64,000 nt of DNA from a virus. The first letter of the stretch is position 1. Each line of letters starts with the position of its first letter. Below, one piece after another: positions 6,483 to 15,283 of the stretch. A program made the translations under genes and the position numbers. Under the pieces are notes generated by a model. That model had not been told where the DNA came from. It did no database searches and was given only the letters and a program-made list of their open reading frames with translations. The stretch lies in the IMG/VR virus record IMGVR_UViG_3300042453_001086, positions 125,883-189,882 of that record. One strand, 5' to 3'.

Positions 6483-6647
6483 TCACCATTCTATAGTATC
6501 ACCGTCAAACTTAATCTTTTTCTGTTTCTTCGGCGTTCGACCCTTGTTTTGTACCTTCACACCATATTGCATTTCCAACTCTTGTTCATCGAAGTTATCG
6601 TAGTCGTTATAGAACTGATCTTTGTAGTTGCTTTTCTGCTTAGCCAT
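6483..6647 (-). CDS. hypothetical protein
   Basis: Hand-translated 54 aa MAKQKSNYKDQFYNDYDNFDEQELEMQYGVKVQNKGRTPKKQKKIKFDGDTIEW; late-type GATAAATA at 6735-6742. Confidence 0.65.
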   Translation of the reverse strand: MAKQKSNYKDQFYNDYDNFDEQELEMQYGVKVQNKGRTPKKQKKIKFDGDTIEW

Positions 6648-6752
6648 TGATTTGAAATGTTCTCTGAGAGGTGTCTAGAATCGTCTGTGAGGGATGTTGA
6701 TATCAAGTTAGGTATCTTCACCCCTTGACAAGACTATTTATCTGTGGTAGGG

Positions 6753-7001
6753 TCAGTCAACAAGCAGTTGCAGAGTGCCATTGTTGACACTTTGATTGAT
6801 GAATCGACCAACAGAAGCTTCTTCGTTGTTCTCATCAAACTCTGCCATAAACTGCTGTTGGAATACAGCAGCATCTTCAGTAGAATAAGTATAGTTCTTC
6901 TCAGAAGACTTATACTGAATCACTACTTTATTCTCCTGAGAATCAATAGTAATAGATTCTACAGCAGAACTAGGAAGATTTTGGAAGGTTTCTACAGCCA
7001 T
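6753..7001 (-). CDS. KTSC-like domain protein
   Basis: SSAVESITID..VVIQYK..YTY....SVGRFIN pattern. Confidence 0.55.
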   Translation of the reverse strand: MAVETFQNLPSSAVESITIDSQENKVVIQYKSSEKNYTYSTEDAAVFQQQFMAEFDENNEEASVGRFINQSVNNGTLQLLVD

Positions 7002-7029
7002 TTCAGTTGTTTTGGTTGTTTACTTAGTA

Positions 7030-7058
7030 ATAATACCAGTGTTTTCCTGGTTTGTCAA
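7030..7058 (-). promoter_or_regulatory. sigma70 promoter
   Basis: TTGACA-17-TATTAT. Confidence 0.85.
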
Positions 7059-7086
7059 GGGTTTTGAGATAAGAGATCCTTATAAT

Positions 7087-7257
7087 AGATAAGTTATAAG
7101 ATAAGTTATAATCATAAATCTCAAAAAACATCAGAAATCTCAAAAAGTACAAGTTTTAAGATTTCAAAAAACTCAAAAACCTCGAAAACCCTTGGAATCA
7201 CAGGATTCTCGGATTTGGCGTTTTTGAGATTTTTGAGATTTCTGAGATTTTTGGGTT
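7087..7257. repeat. AT-rich direct and inverted repeat module
   Basis: AGATAAGTTATA x2 (7087-7110); TCAGAAATCTCAAAAA 7131-7146 / TTTTTGAGATTTCTGA 7230-7245; several AAATCTCAAAAA-like units. Confidence 0.85.
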
Positions 7258-7270
7258 TCGTGACAAAGGC

Positions 7271-7300
7271 TTGACAAACGGTACGTCGCGGGCTAAGACT
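7271..7300 (+). promoter_or_regulatory. plus-strand sigma70-like promoter with no downstream ORF
   Basis: TTGACA-17-TAAGAC(T), same style as the promoter at 529-557. Confidence 0.55.
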
Positions 7301-7403
7301 ACAACAACCTCACACATTCTCACACATTCTCAAGCGTTCGCAACCCTTACAGGGTATTCTGTGAACTATTTGTGTGACCCTTATAAATCACCCAAACCTA
7401 TTT

Positions 7404-7461
7404 TTTTACACATTTAAATCTGTGGAAAAACTATACAAGTTTTCCGCAACCCTGTGGAAAA
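7404..7461. promoter_or_regulatory. second DnaA-box cluster
   Basis: TTTTACACA 7404-7412, TGTGGAAAA 7421-7429 and 7453-7461, TTTTCCGCA (1 mismatch) 7440-7448. Confidence 0.65.
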
Positions 7462-7464
7462 CTC

Positions 7465-8196
7465 TTATTTCCATCTTGGACCCATTACCCAACCTACTAA
7501 TGATTTACGTTTACCAGACTTAACCTTTCTTACTCTATGTGCTATTCTACTATCAAATACAGTCAGTAATCCTAGTTCTTTTGGTACAGTAAACATAGAA
7601 GAACATTTGCCTGCTTGTAATGATGATCCTTGTCTTAGTAGTTGTAGTTCTCCACCTTCATAATCATCTGGTGATGACAGTTGTAATGTAAATGATAGTT
7701 TCCTTACTACCTCTCCATTGATTATTGCTTTTTCGTGAGCGAGATTAGTATTCCTATTGTGTTTTACATTGAAACCTAACATACAGTTGATGTCATGATC
7801 CATGTGCCAAGTGTAGAAGTTTCCTTGTGTATATTCAATATAGGATACTGCTTCATTCTCAATGCATGTAATATCATACAGAAAGCTTTCTCTATTGGCT
7901 CTTGCGATATAATGCCACAAGAAACCAGAGAACCAATGAAATGTAGGAAAGGTAGTCAGTTGACAGTTTCTCACTCTAGTATCTTCCCTACCATCAGATA
8001 GCACAGCCTTTTCGAGATCGTGGTATGGGAAAGATTGTGTATCAACCTCTTCCACGAACTGCTGTACGATATTTTCTGGTAAATGTGTCCTATAGTGAAT
8101 AGCTGGACTAAGGGTTCCCAGGTCTTGCATCTTTATGATATGGAATGAATAATACGTTGGAGAGTGTGTGTGAATGTCTGGCATGAAACCAGTCAA
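7465..8196 (-). CDS. 2OG-Fe(II) oxygenase (PKHD/prolyl-hydroxylase-like)
   Basis: YTWHMD (HxD), RKLSFTLQLS..YEGGEL, H-RVRKV..G.RKSLVGW; true start may be later. Confidence 0.9.
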   Translation of the reverse strand: MTGFMPDIHTHSPTYYSFHIIKMQDLGTLSPAIHYRTHLPENIVQQFVEEVDTQSFPYHDLEKAVLSDGREDTRVRNCQLTTFPTFHWFSGFLWHYIARANRESFLYDITCIENEAVSYIEYTQGNFYTWHMDHDINCMLGFNVKHNRNTNLAHEKAIINGEVVRKLSFTLQLSSPDDYEGGELQLLRQGSSLQAGKCSSMFTVPKELGLLTVFDSRIAHRVRKVKSGKRKSLVGWVMGPRWK

Positions 8197-8341
8197 AGTA
8201 TTCTTCTTCTAGTGCTTGTGCGTTACGTCTATGCCTTGCTTTTAATGCTTTGTTTTTACATGCACGAGAACGACTGAGCAGGTAATCAATACGAGTACCC
8301 GCCCAATCGATTAATGTGTTATACTGTTCTTCATTTGACAT
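8108..8341 (-). CDS. hypothetical protein
   Basis: 77-aa ORF tiling the operon. Confidence 0.6.
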   Translation of the reverse strand: MSNEEQYNTLIDWAGTRIDYLLSRSRACKNKALKARHRRNAQALEEEYFDWFHARHSHTLSNVLFIPYHKDARPGNP

Positions 8342-8603
8342 ATAGGGTCATGTTATAGTGATCGTAGGTGTCAAATGATTGATCAGGAGGAAGAAGATCA
8401 ATGAGCATGTGAACAAACTCAGCAGGGAATAGATCACGCTTTCTGAGAAGCTTTGTGCGCTCTTCATCAGTCAGATCTTCGGTTTGAAGAATGACTTTAT
8501 AGGTGGTGGGAGTGATGGGATTAAGTGTAATCATCTTTGGTAAAGAAGCGAACGCAGGAGAGAAACTTTTGATATTCTGCATCAGTGAAGTTATCCGATG
8601 CAT
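8331..8603 (-). CDS. hypothetical protein
   Basis: ORF tiling the operon. Confidence 0.6.
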   Translation of the reverse strand: MHRITSLMQNIKSFSPAFASLPKMITLNPITPTTYKVILQTEDLTDEERTKLLRKRDLFPAEFVHMLIDLLPPDQSFDTYDHYNMTLYVK

Positions 8604-8808
8604 AGGGTATATTATTTACCTCAGCACAGAAACGATTGATTTGTTCTGTTGGTGTGACGCTGAGAGCAGTAGCGAGGAGAATACTAATCATCTTTGTTGC
8701 ATTCGTTCAGACCTTGCACAAACTCTTCAATACGTTTGTTTGCACGATAGTTTTGAATGATGTCAACAACACAATAACCAAAGGCGAAGCCCGCCATAAT
8801 CGTAGTAA

Positions 8809-9009
8809 TCATTTGAGTGTACCGTCGAGATTAAAGATTGCACCACAGTCAGGGCAGTGGTAAGAATGAGTTTTGTCCGCCTCCCAGGATTGTAGAGCGA
8901 TGACTCTAGAATAGAAATAGGGAGGAGAATACTGATCGTGAAGATGCTCAGGAATAGGAATGGTGTGCCACAGAGCGTTGCAAGCAGGGCAGTGAGATAC
9001 TTTTTCCAT
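8809..9009 (-). CDS. zinc-ribbon protein
   Basis: CPAC...CPDCG. Confidence 0.7.
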   Translation of the reverse strand: MEKVSHCPACNALWHTIPIPEHLHDQYSPPYFYSRVIALQSWEADKTHSYHCPDCGAIFNLDGTLK

Positions 9010-9163
9010 TAGGATTGCATTACCTTGTCATACAGATCATTATAGATCTCACGCTCGGTTTCGTCAAGATTGTCTGCAAAGTGTGACTTATCGAGCATCA
9101 ACATGATGTCCTGTAGCATGATTAGCTCTTCATACAGAAGATGCGGAATGGTGAGTGTAGGTG

Positions 9164-9382
9164 TCATGTAAACTCCGCAATGTAATAATCAACCGTGACT
9201 TCATTCTCTGCAGCAAGACGCTCAAGGTCTTCTACATAATAGTCAATCAGTTCCTTTTCACGATACTCATCAATGTCGAGCAGAATGTCATCCATGTTAT
9301 CGTTTTGCATAGCGGCAATCGGGGTGAGGTTGAGGAAGTTCAGCACATGCTTTATCATATGCTTTAAAGAGTTCATGATCAC
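9164..9382 (-). CDS. acidic hypothetical protein
   Basis: Acidic C-terminus ending EVTVDYYIAEFT. Confidence 0.6.
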   Translation of the reverse strand: MIMNSLKHMIKHVLNFLNLTPIAAMQNDNMDDILLDIDEYREKELIDYYVEDLERLAAENEVTVDYYIAEFT

Positions 9383-9582
9383 GTTGAATCAGAAAGACAT
9401 TATACATCAAAATGCCAATAAAGGCAAGAAAGACGTAGGTAGTTTTCATCTCGTAGACTCCAGCACATTAGATACAAAAGAAACTGCTTGCGTTGCTCCT
9501 TGATGTGCAGTATTATAGGTTAAATCCCTGAACGAGGGATTGATAAAGCAACCAAACAGAATAATGAAAAGTACCAACTTCA

Positions 9583-9852
9583 TCAGCAAGCACCATGAAA
9601 AGGATTACCAATCTGAGGCAGGTTAGAGTTATCACGAGTCTCGGTGTATCCGTAAGCAATACGCTCACGAATATCAAGCATCATCTCCACACGATTCAGA
9701 AACTTTTTAGACACTTGACCATGAGGAGCAAAGGTAACAGCACGAAGATACCACTCTTTAGAAATATCACCGTAAGGAGTCTTCACAGGATAGAAGTCAA
9801 CAATCATGTTGCCATCCTTGCTGGTCAGTTGAGGAGTCTGCAGGGTCTGCAT
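9583..9852 (-). CDS. conserved cyanophage hypothetical protein
   Basis: 89 aa; promoter TTGACG-17-TATACT at 9876-9904. Confidence 0.75.
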   Translation of the reverse strand: MQTLQTPQLTSKDGNMIVDFYPVKTPYGDISKEWYLRAVTFAPHGQVSKKFLNRVEMMLDIRERIAYGYTETRDNSNLPQIGNPFHGAC

Positions 9853-9886
9853 CGGTGTGTCTCGATTACCTTAGTAGTATAGGGGT

Positions 9887-10102
9887 TTATGGGGCATCCG
9901 TCAAGGGGAGCTTTGATTTGCTTTGCTTATGGGTCCGTGGGGTGGTCGATTTGATCTGCTTTTGTTTTGCGATTTTTTGCTGTTTTCGGATGTATTCTAC
10001 CGCCTTGGCGGCGGTCGCAACGTCCGTAATCTGCTCTCCATTGTAAAGTATAACATATCTGGTGCCCCATGGCACTGCTGCGTATCCATCTTTAGTGATC
10101 AT
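9887..10102 (-). CDS. hypothetical protein
   Basis: 71 aa, MITKDGYAAVPWG. Confidence 0.65.
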   Translation of the reverse strand: MITKDGYAAVPWGTRYVILYNGEQITDVATAAKAVEYIRKQQKIAKQKQIKSTTPRTHKQSKSKLPLTDAP

Positions 10103-10188
10103 TTGGTCTCCTATGTTATACTTTGGTATTTTTCGGTGATTTGGCTGCGAGGAGAGGGCAACAGGTCATGCTGCTGCCCCCTTGACAC

Positions 10189-11439
10189 TCATGCAATAAT
10201 GCTCGTGGGGGGCACACCCTTCACAAAGATAGCATCAACAACGTTCTGCAGGCGTTTCTGAATCTGTGCGCCATAGTTACCGTAGATAGGCACAGTCACG
10301 AAACCAAACGGTTTGCGATAGTTACCGATGTCACCAGCAGTGAGTTTGCCTTCCGCAATGTCACGCGCATCATCCACATTCATGCGGATTACACGACCAA
10401 TGGTTTGTGCCATCTCCACAATGTTGAGGTTACGAAGCAGGACACAATGCGTCAGACCAGGAACATTGATACCCTCAGACAGAATGCTGTAGTGAAACAC
10501 CACAAACTTACGCGCAGGATCTTTACCCCATGCGGTGAGAGTATCAAAGAATACCTCACGGTTGACCTTCTGTTTGTTGACATAGGCACCGTGCTTAGCA
10601 GTAATGTGCAGCACATCATATCCACGCTCAGACAGTTCCTGAAGCATGGAAGTAGCAGCAACCATATTCCAAATGATTTTGCTGCTGGGTGCTGCTACCA
10701 GCACTTTCTGACCAGACTCAGCATCAAGATTGTCTACAATCTCCAGCACAGTGTTAGCGTCACAGTCAGCAGCGTTAGACTTGGTGCGAGCAACTGCGGG
10801 CTGTTCGTGAATCTGAATCGAAGGAGGAATGATACTACCAGACTCAATCAGTTCCTGTGCAGGAGTGATCTCAATCACATCACCAAACACCAGTTTGTTA
10901 TTCATGCCACGCCCCTTGGGATTCTTGGAGTGACGAGGAGTTGCAGTAAAGAAATAGCAGTTGTTTGCCATCTCAGATACCATAGCAGTCTTAGGAAAGA
11001 ACTGCTTGCTGGTAGCATTATGTGCCTCATCGAAGTAAGCTACATCGATGTCAATACCAGCATCAACAATACGATGCAGAGAATGATAGGTGGTGAAGAT
11101 AAAGCAGGACTCACCAGCAGCACGAGCGGTGTTGTTGAACAGCGCAATCGTATCAGATTTGGTGGTGCTGAAGTGATGAGTTTCACCACTGTGAACGTGC
11201 ATGATGTGAACGTTCTTGGTATCAATAATCTGCAGATATTCGTCACTCAGTTGGTTGCACAAAAGCAACCTAGGTGCTACCACAACAGCAGTCAAACCAC
11301 GCTCAGAGGCATTCAGAAGACCCAGCAGGTGCAGGATTTGCTCAAGAGTCTTGCCAGCACCCGTAGGTTGAATCACAATGCCCTTACAGGCGTTCTGCAT
11401 GGCAGCGATGGTACGCGGTTGGTGGGAGCGAAGTTTCAT
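10189..11439 (-). CDS. superfamily II DEAH helicase (ResIII-like)
   Basis: QPTGAGKT, FDEAH, FTAT, LSEGINVPGL, QTIGRVIR; start MKLRSHQ fixed by the promoter at 11462-11490. Confidence 0.9.
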   Translation of the reverse strand: MKLRSHQPRTIAAMQNACKGIVIQPTGAGKTLEQILHLLGLLNASERGLTAVVVAPRLLLCNQLSDEYLQIIDTKNVHIMHVHSGETHHFSTTKSDTIALFNNTARAAGESCFIFTTYHSLHRIVDAGIDIDVAYFDEAHNATSKQFFPKTAMVSEMANNCYFFTATPRHSKNPKGRGMNNKLVFGDVIEITPAQELIESGSIIPPSIQIHEQPAVARTKSNAADCDANTVLEIVDNLDAESGQKVLVAAPSSKIIWNMVAATSMLQELSERGYDVLHITAKHGAYVNKQKVNREVFFDTLTAWGKDPARKFVVFHYSILSEGINVPGLTHCVLLRNLNIVEMAQTIGRVIRMNVDDARDIAEGKLTAGDIGNYRKPFGFVTVPIYGNYGAQIQKRLQNVVDAIFVKGVPPTSIIA

Positions 11440-11461
11440 GTCGTGTCGTTTCAACAAATAT

Positions 11462-11500
11462 AATATACAGCAAAAGGCGGGAGCCGTCAAGACCCCCGCC
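11462..11500 (-). promoter_or_regulatory. overlapping terminator hairpin and sigma70 promoter
   Basis: GGCGGG-GGTCTTGACGGCT-CCCGCC-TTTT; TTGACG-17-TATATT. Confidence 0.75.
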
Positions 11501-11520
11501 CATTAGCGTTGCTTATGGAA

Positions 11521-12576
11521 TCATTTCATAAGAATAAACTCACCTTCTTGCACACCTTCTTGGTGATGATCTTGTGCAAGGAAAGCATGTTGACACTTAG
11601 GATTTTTCCAAGGATAGCAACCATTAGTAACCTTGTAGATAAACACTTTATCAAGTGCAGCCTCAAGATTAGCAAGTGCTACGGTGTGAACTTTCTCGCG
11701 TTTGACATCAAGAGATTCAATACGAGAGGGGAGAGCAACAGATGCTTGAATGTTCATGTAAGAATCGAGAGGAGTTTTTGCTGCCTCAGTAATCAACGGA
11801 TTAGTACGAGAACCCCAGTTATCCATGTTGATGTAGTAGTTACGCACATCAGGATTGTTGAGTACGTTCTTCACATACTTATCAGTAGAGCGATTTACAA
11901 ACTCTTCATACGTTTTCTCATTATGTGCAGTAAAGCGTTCCAGTTTCACAGTGGTATTACCACTAGTGTGAATGAAACTAATCATTTCTTTCACTAAACG
12001 ACCCTGAACAGTCTTGCTGAGAGAGTTGTTAGCAATCAGACGAATCTCGTCTTCGATTTGCTGCTGGCAGGTGATTTCACCAGCGGAAACACCAAACTTG
12101 ATGTGCTCAATCACTTCATCTTCGTTGTTAAGAGTAGCGTGAAACACACGCTCATTATTCAATGCTTTAGCAAAACGTTTGCGAGCCCATTCGTTTTCAC
12201 AACGAACAAAAACAAACATATAACCAGAGATGCCAAGATAAGAACAAGCATCGTGGCGGTGTCCACCAGTAATGATGTCACCAGTATCAATATCAATATA
12301 AACAGGCGGTTGAGTGCAGTCAATACCGTTTTGTTCGATATCTTCTTTAATCAAACGCACTTTCTCGTGGTCGGTGCCAAGATAACGACCAATGTTGTTT
12401 TGTTTTACAACATCCTTCCAGAGACCAAACTTTTTCTCGATAATCTCAATACCAGGAATACCCTTGTCAGTTACAGGGAATGTCCAGTTTGCAGGATCCA
12501 TCAACTTTTCATCAAAGTATTGACAAACATATTGCAGTGCATCATGAATGTCTTGAATGTCAAAGATTGTTGCCAT
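11521..12576 (-). CDS. ParB/Srx-like N-terminal domain protein
   Basis: IKEDIEQNGI..PPVYID..IITGGHRHDA motif. Confidence 0.65.
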   Translation of the reverse strand: MATIFDIQDIHDALQYVCQYFDEKLMDPANWTFPVTDKGIPGIEIIEKKFGLWKDVVKQNNIGRYLGTDHEKVRLIKEDIEQNGIDCTQPPVYIDIDTGDIITGGHRHDACSYLGISGYMFVFVRCENEWARKRFAKALNNERVFHATLNNEDEVIEHIKFGVSAGEITCQQQIEDEIRLIANNSLSKTVQGRLVKEMISFIHTSGNTTVKLERFTAHNEKTYEEFVNRSTDKYVKNVLNNPDVRNYYINMDNWGSRTNPLITEAAKTPLDSYMNIQASVALPSRIESLDVKREKVHTVALANLEAALDKVFIYKVTNGCYPWKNPKCQHAFLAQDHHQEGVQEGEFILMK

Positions 12577-12654
12577 GTGTCAAATAGATTGAATGAAGTT
12601 ATTGTGCCAGTTTTGAGGGGATCTGGCAACCCCATGTTAACAATCAGTAATATA

Positions 12655-13092
12655 TTACTTATTCATCTGAAGTGTAGGAACAGGCATTCCACCTTCAGTG
12701 GGCACATAGATGGTTACGTTACCATTCTTGCTGCCATCTTCAAGACCAGTGATATACAGATACTGAAGATACTCACGGTTATCTTTGAGACTATTACCGA
12801 TGATTTGGTTTGCTTTAGCAACACCAGTAGCACGAATCACTTCAGCATCAGCCAGTTGCTGTGCAGAATCTTTCTTTGCTTGTGCTTCCAGAACTGCTAC
12901 CTGACGAGTATATTCTGCCTTCTGCAGTTCTGCTTTACCTTGCAGCGATTGTGCCCACACATTGTAGAGCGGACCAACCACAGCATTGATAATCATCAGC
13001 GACAAAAGAAAAGAGACGCCAATGATACTAGCATTGCGAATAGTGTGATCAGGTTTCATAGGTAATCTCCTTGTGGGTGTAACCAAAACCAC
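12655..13092 (-). CDS. membrane protein with SPFH/band-7 C-terminal-like coiled coil
   Basis: One TM helix, then AVLEAQAKKDSA..EVIRATGVAKANQIIGNSL..YLQYLYI. Confidence 0.65.
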   Translation of the reverse strand: MVLVTPTRRLPMKPDHTIRNASIIGVSFLLSLMIINAVVGPLYNVWAQSLQGKAELQKAEYTRQVAVLEAQAKKDSAQQLADAEVIRATGVAKANQIIGNSLKDNREYLQYLYITGLEDGSKNGNVTIYVPTEGGMPVPTLQMNK

Positions 13093-13267
13093 GTTGGGCT
13101 TTGATATTGTTTTGAACTTGATCTTTCAGTTTCTTCAGTTTATATTTCGTTTGTTTGTATTGCTTGTATGCATCAATATATGTCTCAGCAAATACAGGTT
13201 GTTCATCGACAACCTCTTCAACAACCTCTTCAGAGGTTACATCGATTACTTGTTCTTCATTCAACAT
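13049..13267 (-). CDS. hypothetical protein
   Basis: 72-aa ORF tiling the operon. Confidence 0.65.
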   Translation of the reverse strand: MLNEEQVIDVTSEEVVEEVVDEQPVFAETYIDAYKQYKQTKYKLKKLKDQVQNNIKAQRGFGYTHKEITYET

Positions 13268-13650
13268 GCGAGTGCTCCAGAGGGGATTTCAACAACTTCA
13301 GGCATAGTATTTTCTTCATACTTGTGAAGATTATAGCACACCCATTTGCCATAACGGGTGTAAAAATATGCAAACTCTTCGTTATTTTCATTAAGAAGAT
13401 AATCAAAGAGATGATCATCAAGGCGAGGAGGGCAATCTTCACCGCGAGCAGAATAATACTCGGGTTCGTTATTATCATTCCAGCAGGTGCTCATATCACC
13501 GCCATCAATCAGTTCAATAGCTTTTTCTTTGGTGTTGTAATGAGTATTCAGAATGCGACCGAGCCACTCAGGATAACCATCCCAGTGGTGATATACAGAG
13601 AGCACAGATTCATCAGAGAGTTCAATGCCGATGCGAGCGCGAGTTGCCAT
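13261..13650 (-). CDS. conserved phage hypothetical protein
   Basis: MATRARIG..SVYHHWDGYPEWLG motif, common in phages. Confidence 0.8.
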   Translation of the reverse strand: MATRARIGIELSDESVLSVYHHWDGYPEWLGRILNTHYNTKEKAIELIDGGDMSTCWNDNNEPEYYSARGEDCPPRLDDHLFDYLLNENNEEFAYFYTRYGKWVCYNLHKYEENTMPEVVEIPSGALAC

Positions 13651-13741
13651 GATTTTCAGCGGTAGATTGCTTTGAAAAAGAATACGATGCCACCAGTCAA
13701 AAGAATGAAGGTGGCGAGGAGAGAAAGGTCAACGATGTTCA

Positions 13742-13924
13742 TTAGAATCTTACATTCACCCCAACAACCTTTGCCTTAGGATTACGAGCGAGAGCAGTTT
13801 CTCTAGCGTCTTGGGGATTCACTGCTTGAACTTCTTCTTCAAACACTTTACCACCAACGTAGAGTTTAACAACGTAAGTCATTTCAGTTACCTTCAGCGA
13901 TTTGGTTGAGAATGTTGCGAGCAA
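13742..13924 (-). CDS. conserved cyanophage hypothetical protein
   Basis: VKLYVGGKVFEEEVQAVNPQDARETALARNP; start probably MTYVV. Confidence 0.7.
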   Translation of the reverse strand: MLATFSTKSLKVTEMTYVVKLYVGGKVFEEEVQAVNPQDARETALARNPKAKVVGVNVRF

Positions 13925-14165
13925 ACTTCATGAAATCATAGGCAGTCACACCGCCCTTGTGATTGTCAACAGCATAACCATCAAGCATATCAGACTGATT
14001 GTAAGTATTCACAATCAGCAGACAAGCATCATACAATGCTGCGCGATGTGCTGCTTCAGCGTTAAACTGCATGGCGCTGTAAGAAGGAAGCATCGGGTTG
14101 GTTGCGTATGAAAGTATTATAGGGCATTCAGAGGGGTCTGTGCGACCCCCTGTGCCACTTTGCAA
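13884..14165 (-). CDS. hypothetical protein (true start probably ~14093 or later)
   Basis: Promoter TATAAT 14116-14121 with GTGCCA 30 bp upstream lies inside the called ORF. Confidence 0.6.
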   Translation of the reverse strand: MQSGTGGRTDPSECPIILSYATNPMLPSYSAMQFNAEAAHRAALYDACLLIVNTYNQSDMLDGYAVDNHKGGVTAYDFMKFARNILNQIAEGN

Positions 14166-14170
14166 ACTGG

Positions 14171-14560
14171 TCAGCGAGCGTACAGATAAGAACCAGCCCA
14201 GTCTGCATTAGCAAACAACCATTCACGATCTTTGATCAGACGCAGATCATAACGCACACCTTTAGCGGGTGCTTTGAGACTAGCAGGCTTGTAGACTTCA
14301 CCAGTCTTCTTGTCAATGAAAGCATGAATGCTATCACGCTTGCCATTGATGCACATGAAGATTTTGTGATACTTACGACCAGAACTATCAAGTTCGTAAG
14401 AATAGTTAGAGTGAGGAAGACCAGCACGGTAAGCATAGTTACGCTTCTGGAAATCCTGCTGGAGAGCATCACACAGCATCATACCATACTTTACAACATT
14501 CAAATACAGAGTGTTGCGAGCATCTTGCTCTGCTTGAAAGTCAGCGAAGGTGGCAGTCAC
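14171..14560 (-). CDS. conserved cyanophage hypothetical protein
   Basis: IHAFIDKKTGEVYKPAS.KAPAKGVRYDL; promoter TTGACG-17-TATATT at 14586-14614. Confidence 0.8.
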   Translation of the reverse strand: MTATFADFQAEQDARNTLYLNVVKYGMMLCDALQQDFQKRNYAYRAGLPHSNYSYELDSSGRKYHKIFMCINGKRDSIHAFIDKKTGEVYKPASLKAPAKGVRYDLRLIKDREWLFANADWAGSYLYAR

Positions 14561-14618
14561 TTGGCGTTCCGTCGATTACCTATGTAATATACACGGGATC
14601 TGGTGCCGCGTCAACCCC

Positions 14619-14969
14619 TCAACGATAAGTGTCTCTAATACGTGCCTCAAGCACTGATATGCGAGCCTTAACTTCCTCCATATCATTCTTCAGATAGTTA
14701 TGTTGCAGTGATTCATCAACAAACTTATCCCTGTAATAGTTGAGTTCATCATCTGTCTCTACAAATATATTCTGTAGTTCTTCGTATTTGATTTTGAGTT
14801 CTTCAAAGTTATGACGCCATGAATCACGTTCGATACGATATGTGTCACGCTCTTTCTTCATGGCGTCATATTCCATTTTCATCAGAACTTCATCACTGTA
14901 CTGATCCATTTTTCTCATGCTGTTTAATGAACTCTTCCAATGCTTTAGTGAGATAATCTTGCAACTCAT
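14619..14969 (-). CDS. coiled-coil hypothetical protein
   Basis: ORF tiling the operon. Confidence 0.6.
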   Translation of the reverse strand: MSCKIISLKHWKSSLNSMRKMDQYSDEVLMKMEYDAMKKERDTYRIERDSWRHNFEELKIKYEELQNIFVETDDELNYYRDKFVDESLQHNYLKNDMEEVKARISVLEARIRDTYR

Positions 14970-15084
14970 CTTGACTCATTTCATTGAAAATGGCATAACG
15001 AGGATCATTTGGATCCCATTCAATCTCAAGTGTGCCATCAGCATTTTCAGATACTTTTAGCGAATCTTCATTAGTATACGTCAT
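14893..15084 (-). CDS. hypothetical protein
   Basis: 63 aa (EIEWDPNDPRY). Confidence 0.7.
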   Translation of the reverse strand: MTYTNEDSLKVSENADGTLEIEWDPNDPRYAIFNEMSQDELQDYLTKALEEFIKQHEKNGSVQ

Positions 15085-15283
15085 TTGGTTCTGCCCAGTT
15101 TCTTAAGGTGTCCTCGTATTGTTTTATTTTATCACTTTGTTGCATTGTGTAGTTGATTAGAGAATCAATCTGAGATTGCAGACGATTCTCTATCTCATAC
15201 AATGCATTTGTTGTCTCTATGTTTTCTTCCTCAAGTATCTTAACACGATCCTCAAGATATGTCAACAGATCATCCATTTTCAT
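15071..15283 (-). CDS. hypothetical protein
   Basis: ORF tiling the operon. Confidence 0.65.
   Translation of the reverse strand: MKMDDLLTYLEDRVKILEEENIETTNALYEIENRLQSQIDSLINYTMQQSDKIKQYEDTLRNWAEPNDVY

Noticed and set aside
10189-11439. Type III restriction-modification system
   Set aside because: Only a helicase core is present, with no endonuclease domain or adjacent Mod gene
10405-13065. Long plus-strand ORFs (10405-11463, 12058-13065; also 2201-3013, 3877-4467, 29746-30426, 44993-45739, 60734-61537)
   Set aside because: They are antisense shadows of well-supported minus-strand genes, with no motifs, promoters or RBS
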